Shown here: positions 47,666-60,034 of the stretch, piece after piece | Numbering within the stretch: position 1 is the stretch's first letter | Layout: each line of letters begins with the position of its first letter | From: Selaginella moellendorffii | Lineage: Eukaryota > Plantae > Lycopodiophyta | NCBI RefSeq assembly: GCF_000143415.4 | Contig: NW_003314302.1 | Coordinates: 389,182 to 453,181 of the forward strand | Direction: 5' to 3' | Length of the DNA stretch: 64,000 bases | Translations under genes and position numbers: made by a program | The notes under the pieces: model-generated | The model's input: the letters and a program-made list of their open reading frames with translations, nothing else | Databases searched by the model: none | Told to the model about the DNA's origin: nothing

Positions 47666-49804
47666 ATGCGTTTCAGGTCATTTCAAGCTGGTCTCAAATG
47701 GAGGAGGCGACCCAGGAAAGCGGCCAGCTCCCACGGTAATCCCTCTCAATCCATCCCGCAATCCACTGCGCAGTCGATAGAGGATGTGGAGGATGCGCTG
47801 GGCAAGCTGCCGCAGCTCCGTCACGGCAGCAGGGCGACATTCATCGGCAATCTTCTCCAGCGATGCACAGCTCCCGAGCATCTGGCCATCGGCCGCGCGG
47901 TCCACCAGCAGATCGCTCGATCGGGAGACGCCCGCGACAGATTCGTCCAGAATCTCCTCATCCAGATGTATGGGAAGTGTGGCGCTGTCCAAGAAGCCAG
48001 GAAGATCTTCGACGCCATAGCTGACAAGAACGTCTTCTCCTGGAACATCATGATCGGGGCATACGTAAACAATGGCTTGGACGATCACGCTCTGGATCTG
48101 TATAAGCGAATGGCGCCGGCTCTTCCAAGCGCCGTCACCTTTGTCTCGGTGCTCGAGGCGTGCTCCAGCTTGGTGGACGTGAATTCTCTCCATGGCCGGA
48201 TCAAAGAGCTCGGGCTGGAAACCAATCCAGTCGTCGCCACCGCGCTCATCAACGCGTTTAGCGCTGCTGGAAGCTTGCTCTCGGCGGAAGAAGCCTTCCA
48301 CTGCGTGGATTGCAAGGACGCTGTGTGCTGGACGTCGATGATCACCGCATTTGCCAGGAATGGAGACGGCATTGGAGCTCTCAAGACGTTCTCGCGGATG
48401 AACTTGGAAGGTATCTTTCCCGACGAGATTTGCATTGTGAGTGTCATAACCGCGTGCTCGCTTCTCAGGTCCTTGCTGCTCGCGCACCGGCTCTACAAGA
48501 GCGTCGTCCGAGCGATGGATTGTCTCTACCACGTAGAAGTCGGTGCCGCGCTCGTCAACATGTTTGCAAAGTGTGGAAGCCTGGCCGATGCGTGGAAGGT
48601 TTTCGATCGGAGCTACAAGGACGACGTTGTGCTGTGGAACACGATGATCTCCGTCTACGCCGACTATGGTGAGAACCACAAGGCTCTCACGCTCTACCGG
48701 GAAGGAATGCGCAAGGAGTTTGATATGGCTCCCGATGCCGTGACTTTCGTGGTGCTGCTGGAGGTTTGCACGAACTTGAAGGATCTCAAGCAGGGGACTC
48801 TCGTCCACAAGGACGCCGTTGGCGAGGGGCTTGACAGGGATCCAGTGGTGGCCAACGCGGTGGTAAACATGTATGGGAAGTGTGGAGAGCTCCAGCACGC
48901 CAGGAAAGTTTTCGATCTCCGGAGTGACAAACAGAGGGTGGTGTCGTGGAACGGGATGATGGCGCTCTACTTGCAGCACGGACAGGGTGAAAAGGCTCTC
49001 GAGCTCTACAAGACGATGAGCGTGGAGGCCGACGAGCTGACTTACGTGACGTTGCTGGCCGCGTGTGGCAGCGTTGGCGACGTTGAAGAAGGCCGCAGAG
49101 CTCACGCGAAGATCACTGCCAGTGGATTCGAGGCTGTTCCGGTGGTCGCGAATTCGCTGCTCAGCATGTATAGCAAGTTTGGGCGGTGTGACGAAGCGAA
49201 GGTGGTGTTTGAGAAGATCCAGCGGAAGGAAACAGGGGCTTTCAACTCGATGATCTCGGCACTCACAGAACACGGGAAGTTTGAGGAGGCTCTCGGCTTG
49301 TTCCCGCTCATGGACATAGATGGTGTGAGGCCGAACGACGTGACTTTCATCAACGTGTTCTTGGCTTGCACCCATGCCGGACTGGTTGACAAGGCCTGGG
49401 AGCTGTTCCTGTGCATGGTCGAGGAATGTGGGATCGAGCCTTCAGAGAAGCACTGCGGTTGCGTTGTGGATCTGCTAGGACGAGCCGGGAAGCTAGAGGA
49501 GGCCGAGAAGTTTATCGCGAACATGGAAGCTCGGCCGGGGGCTGTGATCTGGATGACACTCTTGGGTGCGTGCAAGCTCCACGGAGATATCGATCGAGGG
49601 AGATTTGCGGCAGAGAAGGCTATCGAGATCGATCCTGCTGACTCCGGGCCTTACGTTGCATTAGCGAGCATCTTCATGGCAGCCGGTATGAAAGACGAGG
49701 CTGATAAGTTGAGAAAGCGGCTTAGCGAGCAGCAGAGAAGGCTTAAGCAGTCTCAGATACGAGAACAAGGCGTGGAATTCACCAGAGAAGAAGGACAAGC
49801 TTGA
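47666..49804 (+). CDS. PLS-class PPR protein with E domain, 712 aa
   Basis: Basic transit-peptide-like N-terminus, P-L-S triplets (MYGKCG, VFSWNIMI), and E domain HCGCVVDLLGRAGKL...WMTLLGACKLHGD...YVALASIF. No DYW. Confidence 0.93.
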   Translation: MRFRSFQAGLKWRRRPRKAASSHGNPSQSIPQSTAQSIEDVEDALGKLPQLRHGSRATFIGNLLQRCTAPEHLAIGRAVHQQIARSGDARDRFVQNLLIQMYGKCGAVQEARKIFDAIADKNVFSWNIMIGAYVNNGLDDHALDLYKRMAPALPSAVTFVSVLEACSSLVDVNSLHGRIKELGLETNPVVATALINAFSAAGSLLSAEEAFHCVDCKDAVCWTSMITAFARNGDGIGALKTFSRMNLEGIFPDEICIVSVITACSLLRSLLLAHRLYKSVVRAMDCLYHVEVGAALVNMFAKCGSLADAWKVFDRSYKDDVVLWNTMISVYADYGENHKALTLYREGMRKEFDMAPDAVTFVVLLEVCTNLKDLKQGTLVHKDAVGEGLDRDPVVANAVVNMYGKCGELQHARKVFDLRSDKQRVVSWNGMMALYLQHGQGEKALELYKTMSVEADELTYVTLLAACGSVGDVEEGRRAHAKITASGFEAVPVVANSLLSMYSKFGRCDEAKVVFEKIQRKETGAFNSMISALTEHGKFEEALGLFPLMDIDGVRPNDVTFINVFLACTHAGLVDKAWELFLCMVEECGIEPSEKHCGCVVDLLGRAGKLEEAEKFIANMEARPGAVIWMTLLGACKLHGDIDRGRFAAEKAIEIDPADSGPYVALASIFMAAGMKDEADKLRKRLSEQQRRLKQSQIREQGVEFTREEGQA

Positions 49805-52800
49805 GGATTTACAAAGACCAACAGGTTTGCAGCTCTTTTTTCGCTAACGTCCATTTGCTGACGACGATCTCGCAGCTTTTTCTCCAGATTCAACGAATGA
49901 TCGGGGCTAGCGGACAATCGAGCCAACGAGAAAAAGGCAGAACAAGTTGGGAGGTTCAGCTCTCCGTGATGGACTGGTACGAATCAACTCGAGATGTAAG
50001 TTTACAATCAATCAAAGAGAGGCATTTTCTTTCTCTTTCCTCTTCAGTTCTTTTAAAAGTCCATGCTTTCTTCCAAGAAGGGCCTTTGATTGGTAACTGG
50101 CATTGATTCCAGAGGGAGGGATGACGAGGGCCCTGAGTACTTCCAGAGGCCAAATAGAATAAAGCACTGGCAGAGCGAAAAAGGGCCGAGTTCTTACAAT
50201 TTGCTGCTGCTGCAAACTGTGAAGTTCTTACGTATGCCAGAACGGGGCATATGTAGTACAGCAGTTGCAACAGGAGCCCACTAGCAAAAGTTTTATAAAA
50301 AAAAATATAGAATTTCAGTCTGTTTTTTTCTTTTCTTTTTCTTTCTTTACTTTTCTCGAGCAAATTATAAAAATGTGATGGGATTTTCTTCCTAGGGAAC
50401 GTGGGTGAGCAGCTTTTTTGTTTGTTTTGGTCTTAAAAGTGCTAAAAGGAAAAGTAATGATAACTTACTATTTCTAAATAATTAACAATGGAAAGGAGAC
50501 CAGCTTTGCTTGTTTGTCTTGGCATTTGGGATCACAGGCCAACCAGCAAGATCATACATAATCATCCACACAAAATCCACAAACACCCCTCCTTGATCTC
50601 ATGAAGCGCGGCAGCTTGGGTTGGCAAAATCATTCATCTAATATGCATGTGCCAGGCCAACAAGGTGCGATCTCTCCTCCACACACAAACTTTTGCCTTT
50701 GTTCCCCGACAAGGCCGCTTGATTGCTGCTAAACAATGCGAGCACGGATCCAGATCTCCGCGAGTTCATGATCTCCCGCCCTAGAAAATATGGCTGGATA
50801 ATCCCTTTGTCTTGTCAAGGGAGGTTTCTACAATCAATGTTTAGTCTAAAAGGTTGTATTGTTTTCCTTGTTCTCTAGATAGATGCTAGAGAGAACATCA
50901 TGCTGCCAGAGAAACATCATATTGTTCTGGCTTGCTGGACGATTGGGCCATCGAGACACTCACGATCAGTCACCGCTCGCTTGCAAACAAACATACAAAC
51001 AAAAACTGCGCAGGGGGAACAACTTGTGTCTCGTTTCGCTACATTCTTTTCATTGTGAACTTTCTCTCTTGTTTTTTTCCTCTTTGTTTTTTTTTTTTTG
51101 GCGTTTTTGGAATTCTGATAAAGTTTTGCTTGGTAGGACCATTCACGCCTTTGCCTTGTCTGATACGAAGCTCTAAACTCTTTATATCAAATGTTACAAA
51201 CAGAAACACCTTTTTTTTATGATTTATGTATAAAAGATATGTATATGTGACCAAATCTTTTTAGCTTGTTATACATCTCTCATTTTAGGATCGCTGCCCA
51301 CCACCAGTATCAAAACAACGCTCCACCGAGCCCCTTGCACCTGCCATGCAAATATGTGGAGATTCTATGTGATTATTCTAATGTTTTCCCTGGGCTGCCA
51401 ATAGTGGACAAAAAACCATTAAAACAGCCACAACAAACCATCATATTCTAGCAAGTTTTAGCTATACAAAATAATAAATATTTCTTTAGCCTTTTTTGCG
51501 AATTAAGAATTCCAAATGTTGATGCAGCGGCCATCATGGCGTGGCTTGTGCCGCTGGGTTCAGACGCGTGCCTATAATATATAATGTTTTGGGCCCAAAG
51601 CTTATCCATCCCATCCATTTCGTTTGTTGCAACCCACGACCACGTGAAAGGTAATAGACGCTCCATTTGCATTTGCATGCTAGGGATTTGGACAAACTGG
51701 GGAAAAGGTGGTAAAGGTGGTGCGCATAAGGGCATTAAGTTTATATAGAACCCGATATGGTGATCCATTGAGGAAGAAAAGCCCTCGCACACATCAAACA
51801 AGTTGAGCAAAGGAGCGACGGTCTCTTTCGGGATTCTCTCGGAGATCAGTCAGCTTCAAAACCTCTGTGCATTTTCCATTAAGGATTGCTGCTGGCGATG
51901 AACACGTGTTCTTCAACTCAGGGTTAAACAACTTACAAGAAAAGCCATGATATTTTCACTTGGCTGTTCTATCGACAGTCATATAATTAGTTCTGGCTAC
52001 AGAAACTCGATGTTAAGTGTGCAATGAAGGTGTTTTTTTGCTCCAGCTGGAGAGCAAGACCACTGACGTGAAACTTTGAGAGTGGGTCAGCTCGATCGTT
52101 CAAGGGCTATTGATCCTAGCATTTGTATAGAACAAAAGCACGGTGAACCGTACAGAATTGTCAACGTTCGAGAGTTTCCAAACAATGCCCCTGATGGTTG
52201 AGCCAGAGAGAGGACGACTTTCTCCTAGCTATCCTGGGGCTTTTCGAAAGCTCCGCAATAAACAAATGGGCAAAAGTAAAGCTCGATGTCAAGCACAAGA
52301 AACTTTGAGAGGAGCGTGGCCTGATCTGAAAATATAATTCTTCTTCTTCTTCTTCGCCTTTCTCTTTTCCTCTCAGCAGCATCAGCAGCAGCATGCAGCA
52401 GTGACTTTAGCCTCGCTTTGGCGTGCACTTGGTTTCTCCTTCCTTCACATGAGCAGCAGGAAGGATCTAGAGCCCAAAGCCCAAAGCGATAAAGAAAAGA
52501 GAAAAGAGGAAGACAGTATTAGAGCGCTGAAGACCATTGCCATAGGAAGCACAACTCAAATAATATAAATACTATCTCTCAAATAAGTTCTTCTCGATAT
52601 GTCTGCGTAGAGCTTCCATGAAAATTTGTACATGGTAAACGCGCATAATTGAAAACTCAACAAAGCCTGCATTCTTGCATCCACAAGTCTCATGCTTCAC
52701 ATTGGCCACCACAAGACTATCAAATAATTCTTGCAGCGCGCAACTGGGACGCATGGGATCAAAGTAGCATATAGATAAACAGATAAGTAAGAGAGAATAT

Positions 52801-54012
52801 TATAACTAGCCTAATAGCATCACCGTACCAATATACTATGGAAGTATTTATTTGACAAGTTCCTCCACAGGGAACTTTGTCACTCTCAAAGAAAACATTT
52901 GCATCGACCTCTCTTCTTTCTCGCTTTGGAGGGTCCACTTGTTTGTGTTTATACTAGTCTGTCACATGGGACAAGGAGATGGCCTAGAGAGCAAGCACAT
53001 GGAATCGTTGCCATGGTTTAGTACCCGTCGCTGGAGACTTTGGCCTCAAATGAAGCACATGGAATTGTTTGGGAGCTCTCAGTTCCAGCATACTCCATCC
53101 AGATTCAACACCCAAGACAAAACAAATGCAGTGGAATGTCTCGATGATCTTGCGATGTTGAAATAAGGTTTAGCATTTGTACTTAGCCAAATAAACATAA
53201 AATAGAAATTTTTATGTGTTTCTTGCTGAGCATACTTGACCTGGCTCTTAGTTCTCTTTTAAAACAATGCAAAAAGGAATTAATTTAAAATTAAAATTAA
53301 AATTAAAGTTCACAATTAAATATAATATTTTATAATAATAATAATTATTATTATTATGATTATGCTGCCTTCTTTCTGTACATGCATTCCCAACTTAACA
53401 TACATGACCGGACTGTAAGCTCTACCTTCCAGAAATACGTAATCTTTTGTAGGGGCACTTTAGCTTTGGACATATCAGAGATTAATAGCTGCTGATAGTG
53501 GAGGTGTCAGCTCCGCACCGTATTGGTTGGAGCGGTAGAGAGTGGGTTGTATAAATACGGGCCGTGATACACGTCGAAAGAATCAGCATAAAGTCAAACG
53601 CAGGCAAGGCAGCAGCTGGTATATACCCAGGCATCAGTATCAAGTCAATGTTTTTTAATGTTTTGATGTGTGCTTTTGCTCAGGAAAGAGCAGCAGAATC
53701 AAAGTGGGTGTAATTGTTGTTGTTTCAGGCCTGGGAATTCTAACAATTATCAGGTTTGATTAGTTTTGAGGGATAACCTTGGAGAGTTAAAATAGAAAGA
53801 GAGGAGCTCAAGGCTCAAAAGAGAGTCTTGAGGAGGGTTCTTGGTGTAAGAAACAAGAAGAGAGGAAGAAAGTGTGGGGAATCCATGCACCAATTTTCCA
53901 TTCTTTTCCATGGCCACACTCACATTGACTTGATGCTCCATTCAATCCTCCACACTCTCAATGATGGAGTGATTTCATTCTAGGCCTCACTCCAATCTCC
54001 TCATGATTTTGT

Positions 54013-54123
54013 GTAGCTCCATAGGACCAGGAGAAAGATCTTCAAGAACTTTGGTGGTAGATTCACTTGGTAGCTCCATAGAAGCAGGAGACAGATCTTC
54101 AAGAGCTTTGGGAGATTCACTGG
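54013..54123. repeat. Imperfect ~57-bp tandem duplication upstream of the ATL gene
   Basis: gtagctccatag..caggag..agatcttcaaga.ctttgg..agattcact occurs twice. Confidence 0.75.
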
Positions 54124-54201
54124 GGAGGAAGAAAGAGAGGAGAGCTCTGTGAGGAAGGAAGAACTCTTTGGAGCAAAGAAAAGGAGAGAAGAGAGGAATC
54201 G

Positions 54202-55356
54202 ATGAGCACTTGGATGGATACACCCTCTACATCCTCCCCGGAGAACTCTTCCCCTCCTTCTTCTTCTTCTTCTTCTTCTTCCTCTCTCCGGGGATGGGCA
54301 TCCAATGCCACCGTCGCAGTGGCGATGGCGATGAACCACAGCATCCCCGCGGGATCGTCCGGCAGCCCTGGAGGATCCAGCGTGGAGATGAGCGCGCGCT
54401 TCAATCCCTCCATGGCGATCATCATCGTGGTGCTGCTGGGCACATTCTTCTTCATGGGAATCCTCTCCATCTACGTGAAGAAATGCGTCACCACCGAGGC
54501 CGACCTGGAGCGCCACCAGATTCCAATCGCGAGCTGGACGATCGATCACAACCCGCGCTGGGTATCGCAGCGATCGTCCTCGGCCGGCGGCCTCTCGTCG
54601 CTGCTCCAGATCCAGCAGCAGCAGATCCACATCCAGAGCCAGCTCGGGCTGGACAAGGCGTCGATTCAAGCGCTGCCCATCGTCGTCGCCAAGCCCACCG
54701 CCAAGAACCCTAATCACGAGTGCTGCGTGTGCTTGGGGGAATTCCAGGAGCAAGAATTCGTGCGCCTCCTCCCGGGATGCGGCCATTTCTTCCACGTCGA
54801 GTGCATCGATCTATGGCTGCTCGCGCACACCACTTGCCCTCTCTGCCGATTCAAGCTCACCCCGGACAACGTCCACGCCGCCGGCGCCGTGGTCCTCGAC
54901 GTCCCGCAGGAATCGCTGGAAAATCTCCCGCAGCAGCGGCATCGAGCGCCGGAATCCAGCCGCATTCGCTCGATCATCGCTAGGGTTTGGGGTTTCCAGG
55001 GGGAGCGCGCGCGCCGGGGGCAAGAATCCGCGAATTCGGCGCAAGACGATCACCAAAATCCACGCCAGGACGATCATCATCAACATCATCATCAGCAGCA
55101 GCAGCAGCAGCAAGATCACGAGCAGCAGCCGCAAGCCCACCAGGAAATCTCTGTTTCTCCCAGCGATGCATTGGAGCAGGGGAGCGTGGTGGATCAAGCA
55201 CAGCTCCAAGAATGTGGGGACCAAGAACAGCAAGAACACCACCACAGCTTGGCACCCCTTTTGCTACTCAAGAAGGTATGGGATGTTTTTAGGTGCTGGA
55301 AAATGGGGAGATTGGTTGCAAGTGGGAGAATCTTTGGCAGCAGCAGCGGCAGCTAG
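54202..55356 (+). CDS. ATL-family RING-H2 E3 ubiquitin ligase, 384 aa, intronless
   Basis: FNPSMAIIIVVLLGTFFFMGILSIYV TM helix, GLD motif (GLDKASIQALP), RING-H2 CCVC...CGHFFHVECIDLWL...CPLC, and a Q/H-rich tail. Confidence 0.93.
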   Translation: MSTWMDTPSTSSPENSSPPSSSSSSSSSLRGWASNATVAVAMAMNHSIPAGSSGSPGGSSVEMSARFNPSMAIIIVVLLGTFFFMGILSIYVKKCVTTEADLERHQIPIASWTIDHNPRWVSQRSSSAGGLSSLLQIQQQQIHIQSQLGLDKASIQALPIVVAKPTAKNPNHECCVCLGEFQEQEFVRLLPGCGHFFHVECIDLWLLAHTTCPLCRFKLTPDNVHAAGAVVLDVPQESLENLPQQRHRAPESSRIRSIIARVWGFQGERARRGQESANSAQDDHQNPRQDDHHQHHHQQQQQQQDHEQQPQAHQEISVSPSDALEQGSVVDQAQLQECGDQEQQEHHHSLAPLLLLKKVWDVFRCWKMGRLVASGRIFGSSSGS

Positions 55357-57918
55357 AGAGGGATCCAATGCGATCCTCGCAAGATTGCTCGCAAGAGCAA
55401 GAACAATACATACTCCAAGAACAAAAAAAGAAAAAAGAAGAAAAATTCGATCTTCGCCTTTCTTGGGCTCTTTGGCACAAAGGAAAGGAAGTACTCTCTC
55501 TCCTCTAGACACCCTTCCTGTGTATACGAGACGACTGTGATGAATTGGGCCGTATAGCAAGGGGGGGAGGAATTCGATCGATTGATCGTAGCTGGCCGTC
55601 TTTGCTTGTGTAAAAGCCGACCATTTCTATCGTCCTGGCTTTGGTGCTTCTTTGAATTCGCCTGTGCCTTCTCTTTACTTCCACCTACATTTCGCTCTAC
55701 GTAGCTCTAGAGCGACAAACGTACCGATTGGAACCCGGGATGGATCGAAAATTTCTCGTGCTCCGGTTCTAACACGCGAATTAGTGGTCAATCCAGGGGG
55801 TCAACCAGGTCCAAGTTTCTAGTCGTCGGCTGCGGGTCTTTTGGATTTTGATTGTTTTTGTGCTCTGGTCGTGTCAGTCTCGCCATCCAGGGGAATTCAA
55901 GTGAAGAGCTCCAAAGTCTCTGTGAGAGTTTACAGCCAGCAAACAACAAAGGAAATCAAGGAAGTTTGGTGGCAAGTTGTTGATCCGAAGACAATTGACT
56001 CCCAAGTTTCTTGAGAAAGGTTGAAGTGATCTCAAGACCATGGTTATCTTATGATTCTGATTTGCAGTTGTTTGAACTGAAATCATCAAAACAGCTTACT
56101 ATAATCCGTCGGTCTCATGCTTTTTGGTGGGCGCTACGAAACCTTGTAAACAGTTAATGAATGAATGAATGAATGAACTTACATTTTAGATCTTAATGTG
56201 GGAGGATCCAAGATGAACACTCGAAGGAAAAGAGAGAAAAAAAAACTGTCCCAGCCATGATGCACCCGCTGTTGTGTACTTTGTCATCATGAAAATGGTA
56301 CCAAGTACAGGGCAAGGTACAATTATGACATGGTTTGCTAGTTTTTTTTTTCTCTCTATTTTTTTTTTTTTGTTTTTCTCTCTTGGACATCTTTGAGTTG
56401 TTTCTATCCCCTTGCATCTTTCGTTCATTGTCTTGTTTTCCTTGCCTCTCTTCGTTTTGAGGTACTCAAAAGAGAAAAGCATCTCTCCGGTTGAGTTTCC
56501 GAGAGAGCTTTGCATCGACAATTCATGTAAAATGAAATACCATTTGGAGTTCTAACATCTCCAGGCTTTGTCCTTCATAGCAGATGTTTGTGTTGGCATT
56601 TCCCCGTTCTAGTACGAGTGAAATCAAGTAAGAACATGGTCTGTTAGGAGCTCATATGCAATGAAAACACGGTCTCAAGCTTTTAAGTTGGACTGGCAGA
56701 TCATATAAACAGTGTAAAGTCTTGGATGTTATATTCAGAAACTTGTATTGGCAATTGAAAGCAAGTTGACGGCTTTGCGAGGAGAGGCGCTGGGTGCTGG
56801 GCTGGGCATTGGGCCAGGCTAAGCTCTTTTACGAGCTGTTTTCTCTGATGTTGCAGCCACAAGATCGAGACCTCACAAGCTACGAAGATCTTGCAAGGCA
56901 AAAGCTTGACAGGGTCCACAGACGTGTCCGGCCCCAAACATCTTCAGCAACAGCCTTGTGAAGCGTCTCTCGACCATACAAGCCCTACATCAACAGCACG
57001 TCCTCAAGCTCAGCCGCGATACATCCTCAACCTCAGTCGTGATGCCATAGCTCCAGCCACAATTTCAAATGTGACTGTCACCTCGTCATGCCACTTTAAA
57101 GTGCCAAAAAATGCACCACACACTCATCGTTTGACACAGTCCACCGGTCCGTTCTCAATAGTCCGAGTGCGAGACCGGCTCAACCTCGCCCCCGGGACCC
57201 CAAGACACGGCCTCGCCTAGGCCGGTTTCAACAAAACGAGCACCGTCCCCTGGCACGGACCGACACATCCGCGTCGGGCTCGCCCCCCCAGGACTCGAGT
57301 CAAACTCAGATTGCTGAAGTCCGGCTACATAGTAACTCGGATGGCACACTGACTGCCTGCTCTCTTGCCACGCTCAGCTACAACCTCGGGCCAAAGATCG
57401 TCCTGTGTCGCTACTGTGTCCGGTTTGTTCTGCATGCCATTGGGCTCAATAGACCTTCCGTTAGACAGTGCACTCACAGACTCCCCCATCCCCACCCATA
57501 CAAGAGTGTGCCCATACACGCCGTCACACAACCTCTGGCCAACTCCAAGGCCACATGCCTCACGCCCTAGGCTGCACACGACAAGGCGACCCCCTTCCTA
57601 AGACAAAAGCGAATCAAAAGCTCTTGGCTCTTCAAAGCGACCTCTCCTACCACCACCCCAGGGTGGCCGATCACCCCCGCGGCGACTTCCTCACCATCTT
57701 ACCGATATCATGACACCAAAACTCGTCACAACACCAACAGGTTAGATCCACATCTGCCGCCTTCCTCTGGGCATTGCTCGCCCGTTCATACTTAGTATAT
57801 TTCTTCAGCCATCAAGCTCGTGTAATAAAAAAAACCTGCATTTTAAAATTAAATTGGCATCTTATTTTCTTTTGAGTTCAATGTTCCTCAATTTATTTCC
57901 AGGCATGCTGAAACTTTT

Positions 57919-58422
57919 TCAATGGAACTTGAAAGCCCGAATGAACCAGTTGCCTTGGCGAATGATCCAGCTGACCCAGCTGGTAGTTTTCACAACATAC
58001 TGCACTCTACATGCCGCTGTTGTGTAAGACACCGAAGCTGCAGAGCCACACCAGAAAGAAATAGAATTTATAGCTTCCATAGTACAGAGCCTGCAAGCAG
58101 CCTGATCGTTGCAAGTGAGAGCTCCGAACAAGTCACCATGCTGGGTGGTGATATTGCTTGAGGTGCGGAGCATATCAGTCAAGGCTGCTCCAATAGCCCT
58201 GGTTGATGGATCCCAGACAGATAATTTTGCACAAGAGCATACCAACGTGTTGGCTAGGTAGCTCTTCCAGCAAAGTCCAAGAGCTGCTGGAGCTGGAGCT
58301 GGAGCTGCAATTGGAACTGGAGCTGGAAGTTGAACTGGAGAAATTCTGGGAAGAGGATATCTCTTGGCTCCAGCAATTGTGATTACGAGGGAGAGCGCTA
58401 AGAAAACTTTACCTTGCTCCAT
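57919..58422 (-). CDS. Type-B small secreted protein: signal peptide, (AP)n linker and 8-Cys domain (divergent DUF26/Gnk2-like)
   Basis: Intact 167-aa ORF with TATATA upstream. C-x5-C-x2-C motif (TCNDQAACRLC) followed by WC...ACRVQY. Confidence 0.8.
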   Translation of the reverse strand: MEQGKVFLALSLVITIAGAKRYPLPRISPVQLPAPVPIAAPAPAPAALGLCWKSYLANTLVCSCAKLSVWDPSTRAIGAALTDMLRTSSNITTQHGDLFGALTCNDQAACRLCTMEAINSISFWCGSAASVSYTTAACRVQYVVKTTSWVSWIIRQGNWFIRAFKFH

Positions 58423-58775
58423 TGTCTATGAACTATGAACTGACTGTTTTGACCTTGGAAACCTGATATATATAAAAGTCATGAAGAAGGCCTCGATATT
58501 TCCCCACCGGCTGGCAAATGATTAGAAGTAGCCAATTATTTGACCACAATTACATAGGCTGGCAATTGTTATATGAATTAACTATTAAATTAAGAACATC
58601 AGACTCATTCATACCTATATGACCCAATGTTTGCTTATAATACAAAAGAAACGTTAGAGCAAACTTTAATAATTATGGTCAAATCATTTGTCCACTTCTG
58701 ATCATTTGCGGAGCCTTCCTCCTGACTTTTATATAAATTACTATCAGATTTCCAAGCCGAACAATATCATAGACA

Positions 58776-59267
58776 ATGGATCAAGGTAAAATTTTCTTAG
58801 CGCTCTCCTTTATAATCACAATTGCTGGAGCCAAGAGATCTCCTCCTTTCAAAATCTCTCAAGTTCCAACTCCAGTTGCAACTCCACCTCCAGCAGCTCC
58901 AGTTTGCTGGGAGAGCTACCTGGCCAACACTTTGGTATGCTCTTGCACAAAGTTATCTATCTGGGATCTATCAACAAGTGCTATCGGAGCAGCCTTCACT
59001 GATCTGCTCCACACCTCGAGCAATATCACCACCCAGCATGGTGACTTGCTTGAAGAACTCACTTGTAACGCTCAGGCTGCTTGCAGTCTTTGTACTTTGG
59101 AAGCTGTGCAATATATTTCTCTCTGGTGTGGCTCAGCAGCTTCGGTATATTACACAGCAGCAGCATGCAGATTGCAGTATGTTGTTATGAGAAATTCCAG
59201 CTGGATGGGCTGGATCATTCGCCATGGCAATTGGTTAATCTTTCAAGTTCTAAAGGTCCATTCTTAG
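58776..59267 (+). CDS. Type-A small secreted Cys-rich protein (divergent DUF26/Gnk2-like), 163 aa
   Basis: Intact ORF paralogous to type B, with TATATAAA about 45 nt upstream. Confidence 0.8.
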   Translation: MDQGKIFLALSFIITIAGAKRSPPFKISQVPTPVATPPPAAPVCWESYLANTLVCSCTKLSIWDLSTSAIGAAFTDLLHTSSNITTQHGDLLEELTCNAQAACSLCTLEAVQYISLWCGSAASVYYTAAACRLQYVVMRNSSWMGWIIRHGNWLIFQVLKVHS

Positions 59268-59563
59268 TTGGCGTTATGGAAACAAATTAAAGAATGTCGA
59301 TGTTCACAAAGGAAAATAACTTTTTACATTAAAACATAATTTCTAGTACCTTAAAATAATAATATTTTTAACTCTCCAAGAATTTATATTTTTTATTTTA
59401 AAATATTTTTCAGACTACATAACTCAGGGTTTGATAGGTTTTAAACAAGTTTTAGTGTCTAAATCTGTATCAGCTGCCAGCATAAAATGTTAAAAGCAAG
59501 ATGATTTATAACTCAACCTTGAAGAGGGTTTAATTGGTTTTAAACATAGTGTCTAAATCTTTA

Positions 59564-60034
59564 TCAGCTTGTATCAGCTGCCAAGTGGCGAATGATCCAG
59601 CTCATCCAGTTGGAATTTCTCACAACAACATATTGCAATCTGCATGCTGCTGCTGTGTAATATACCGAAGCTGCTGAGCCACACCAGAGAGGAATATAAT
59701 GCACAGCTTCCAAAGTACAAAGACTGCAAGCAGCCTGATCCTTGCAAGTGAGTTCTCCAAGCAAGTCACCATGCTGGGTGCTGATATTGCTCGATGTGTG
59801 GAGCATATCAGTGAAGGCTGCTCCGATAGCACTTCTTGATGGATCCCAGATAGATAACTTTGTGCAAGAGCATACCAAAGTGTTGGCCAGGTAGCTCTCC
59901 CAGCAAACTGGAGCTGCTGGCGCTGGAGATGAAACTGGAGTTGGAACTTGAGAGATTTTGAAAGGAGGAGATCTCTTGGCTCCAGCAATTGTGATTATAA
60001 AGGAGAGTGCTAAGAAAATTTTACCTTGATCCAT
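59564..60034 (-). CDS. Type-A secreted Cys-rich protein with a replaced/truncated C-terminus, 156 aa
   Basis: Near-identical to 58776-59267 up to WIIRH, then runs into unrelated spacer sequence (LAADTS*). Confidence 0.7.
   Translation of the reverse strand: MDQGKIFLALSFIITIAGAKRSPPFKISQVPTPVSSPAPAAPVCWESYLANTLVCSCTKLSIWDPSRSAIGAAFTDMLHTSSNISTQHGDLLGELTCKDQAACSLCTLEAVHYIPLWCGSAASVYYTAAACRLQYVVVRNSNWMSWIIRHLAADTS

Noticed and set aside
47678-49375. 565-aa antisense ORF, and similar overlapping ORFs across the PPR, FIO1, CXE and ATL genes
   Set aside because: These are shadow ORFs of GC-rich coding sequence with no recognisable motifs.
49805-50290. Possible extra exons (for example DYW) after the third PPR gene
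   Set aside because: No HxE/CxxC deaminase or DYW motif was seen in the ORF-track translations here.
53928-53950. gctccattcaatcc resembling a miR159/319 complementary site
   Set aside because: The match is only partial and there is no convincing precursor hairpin.
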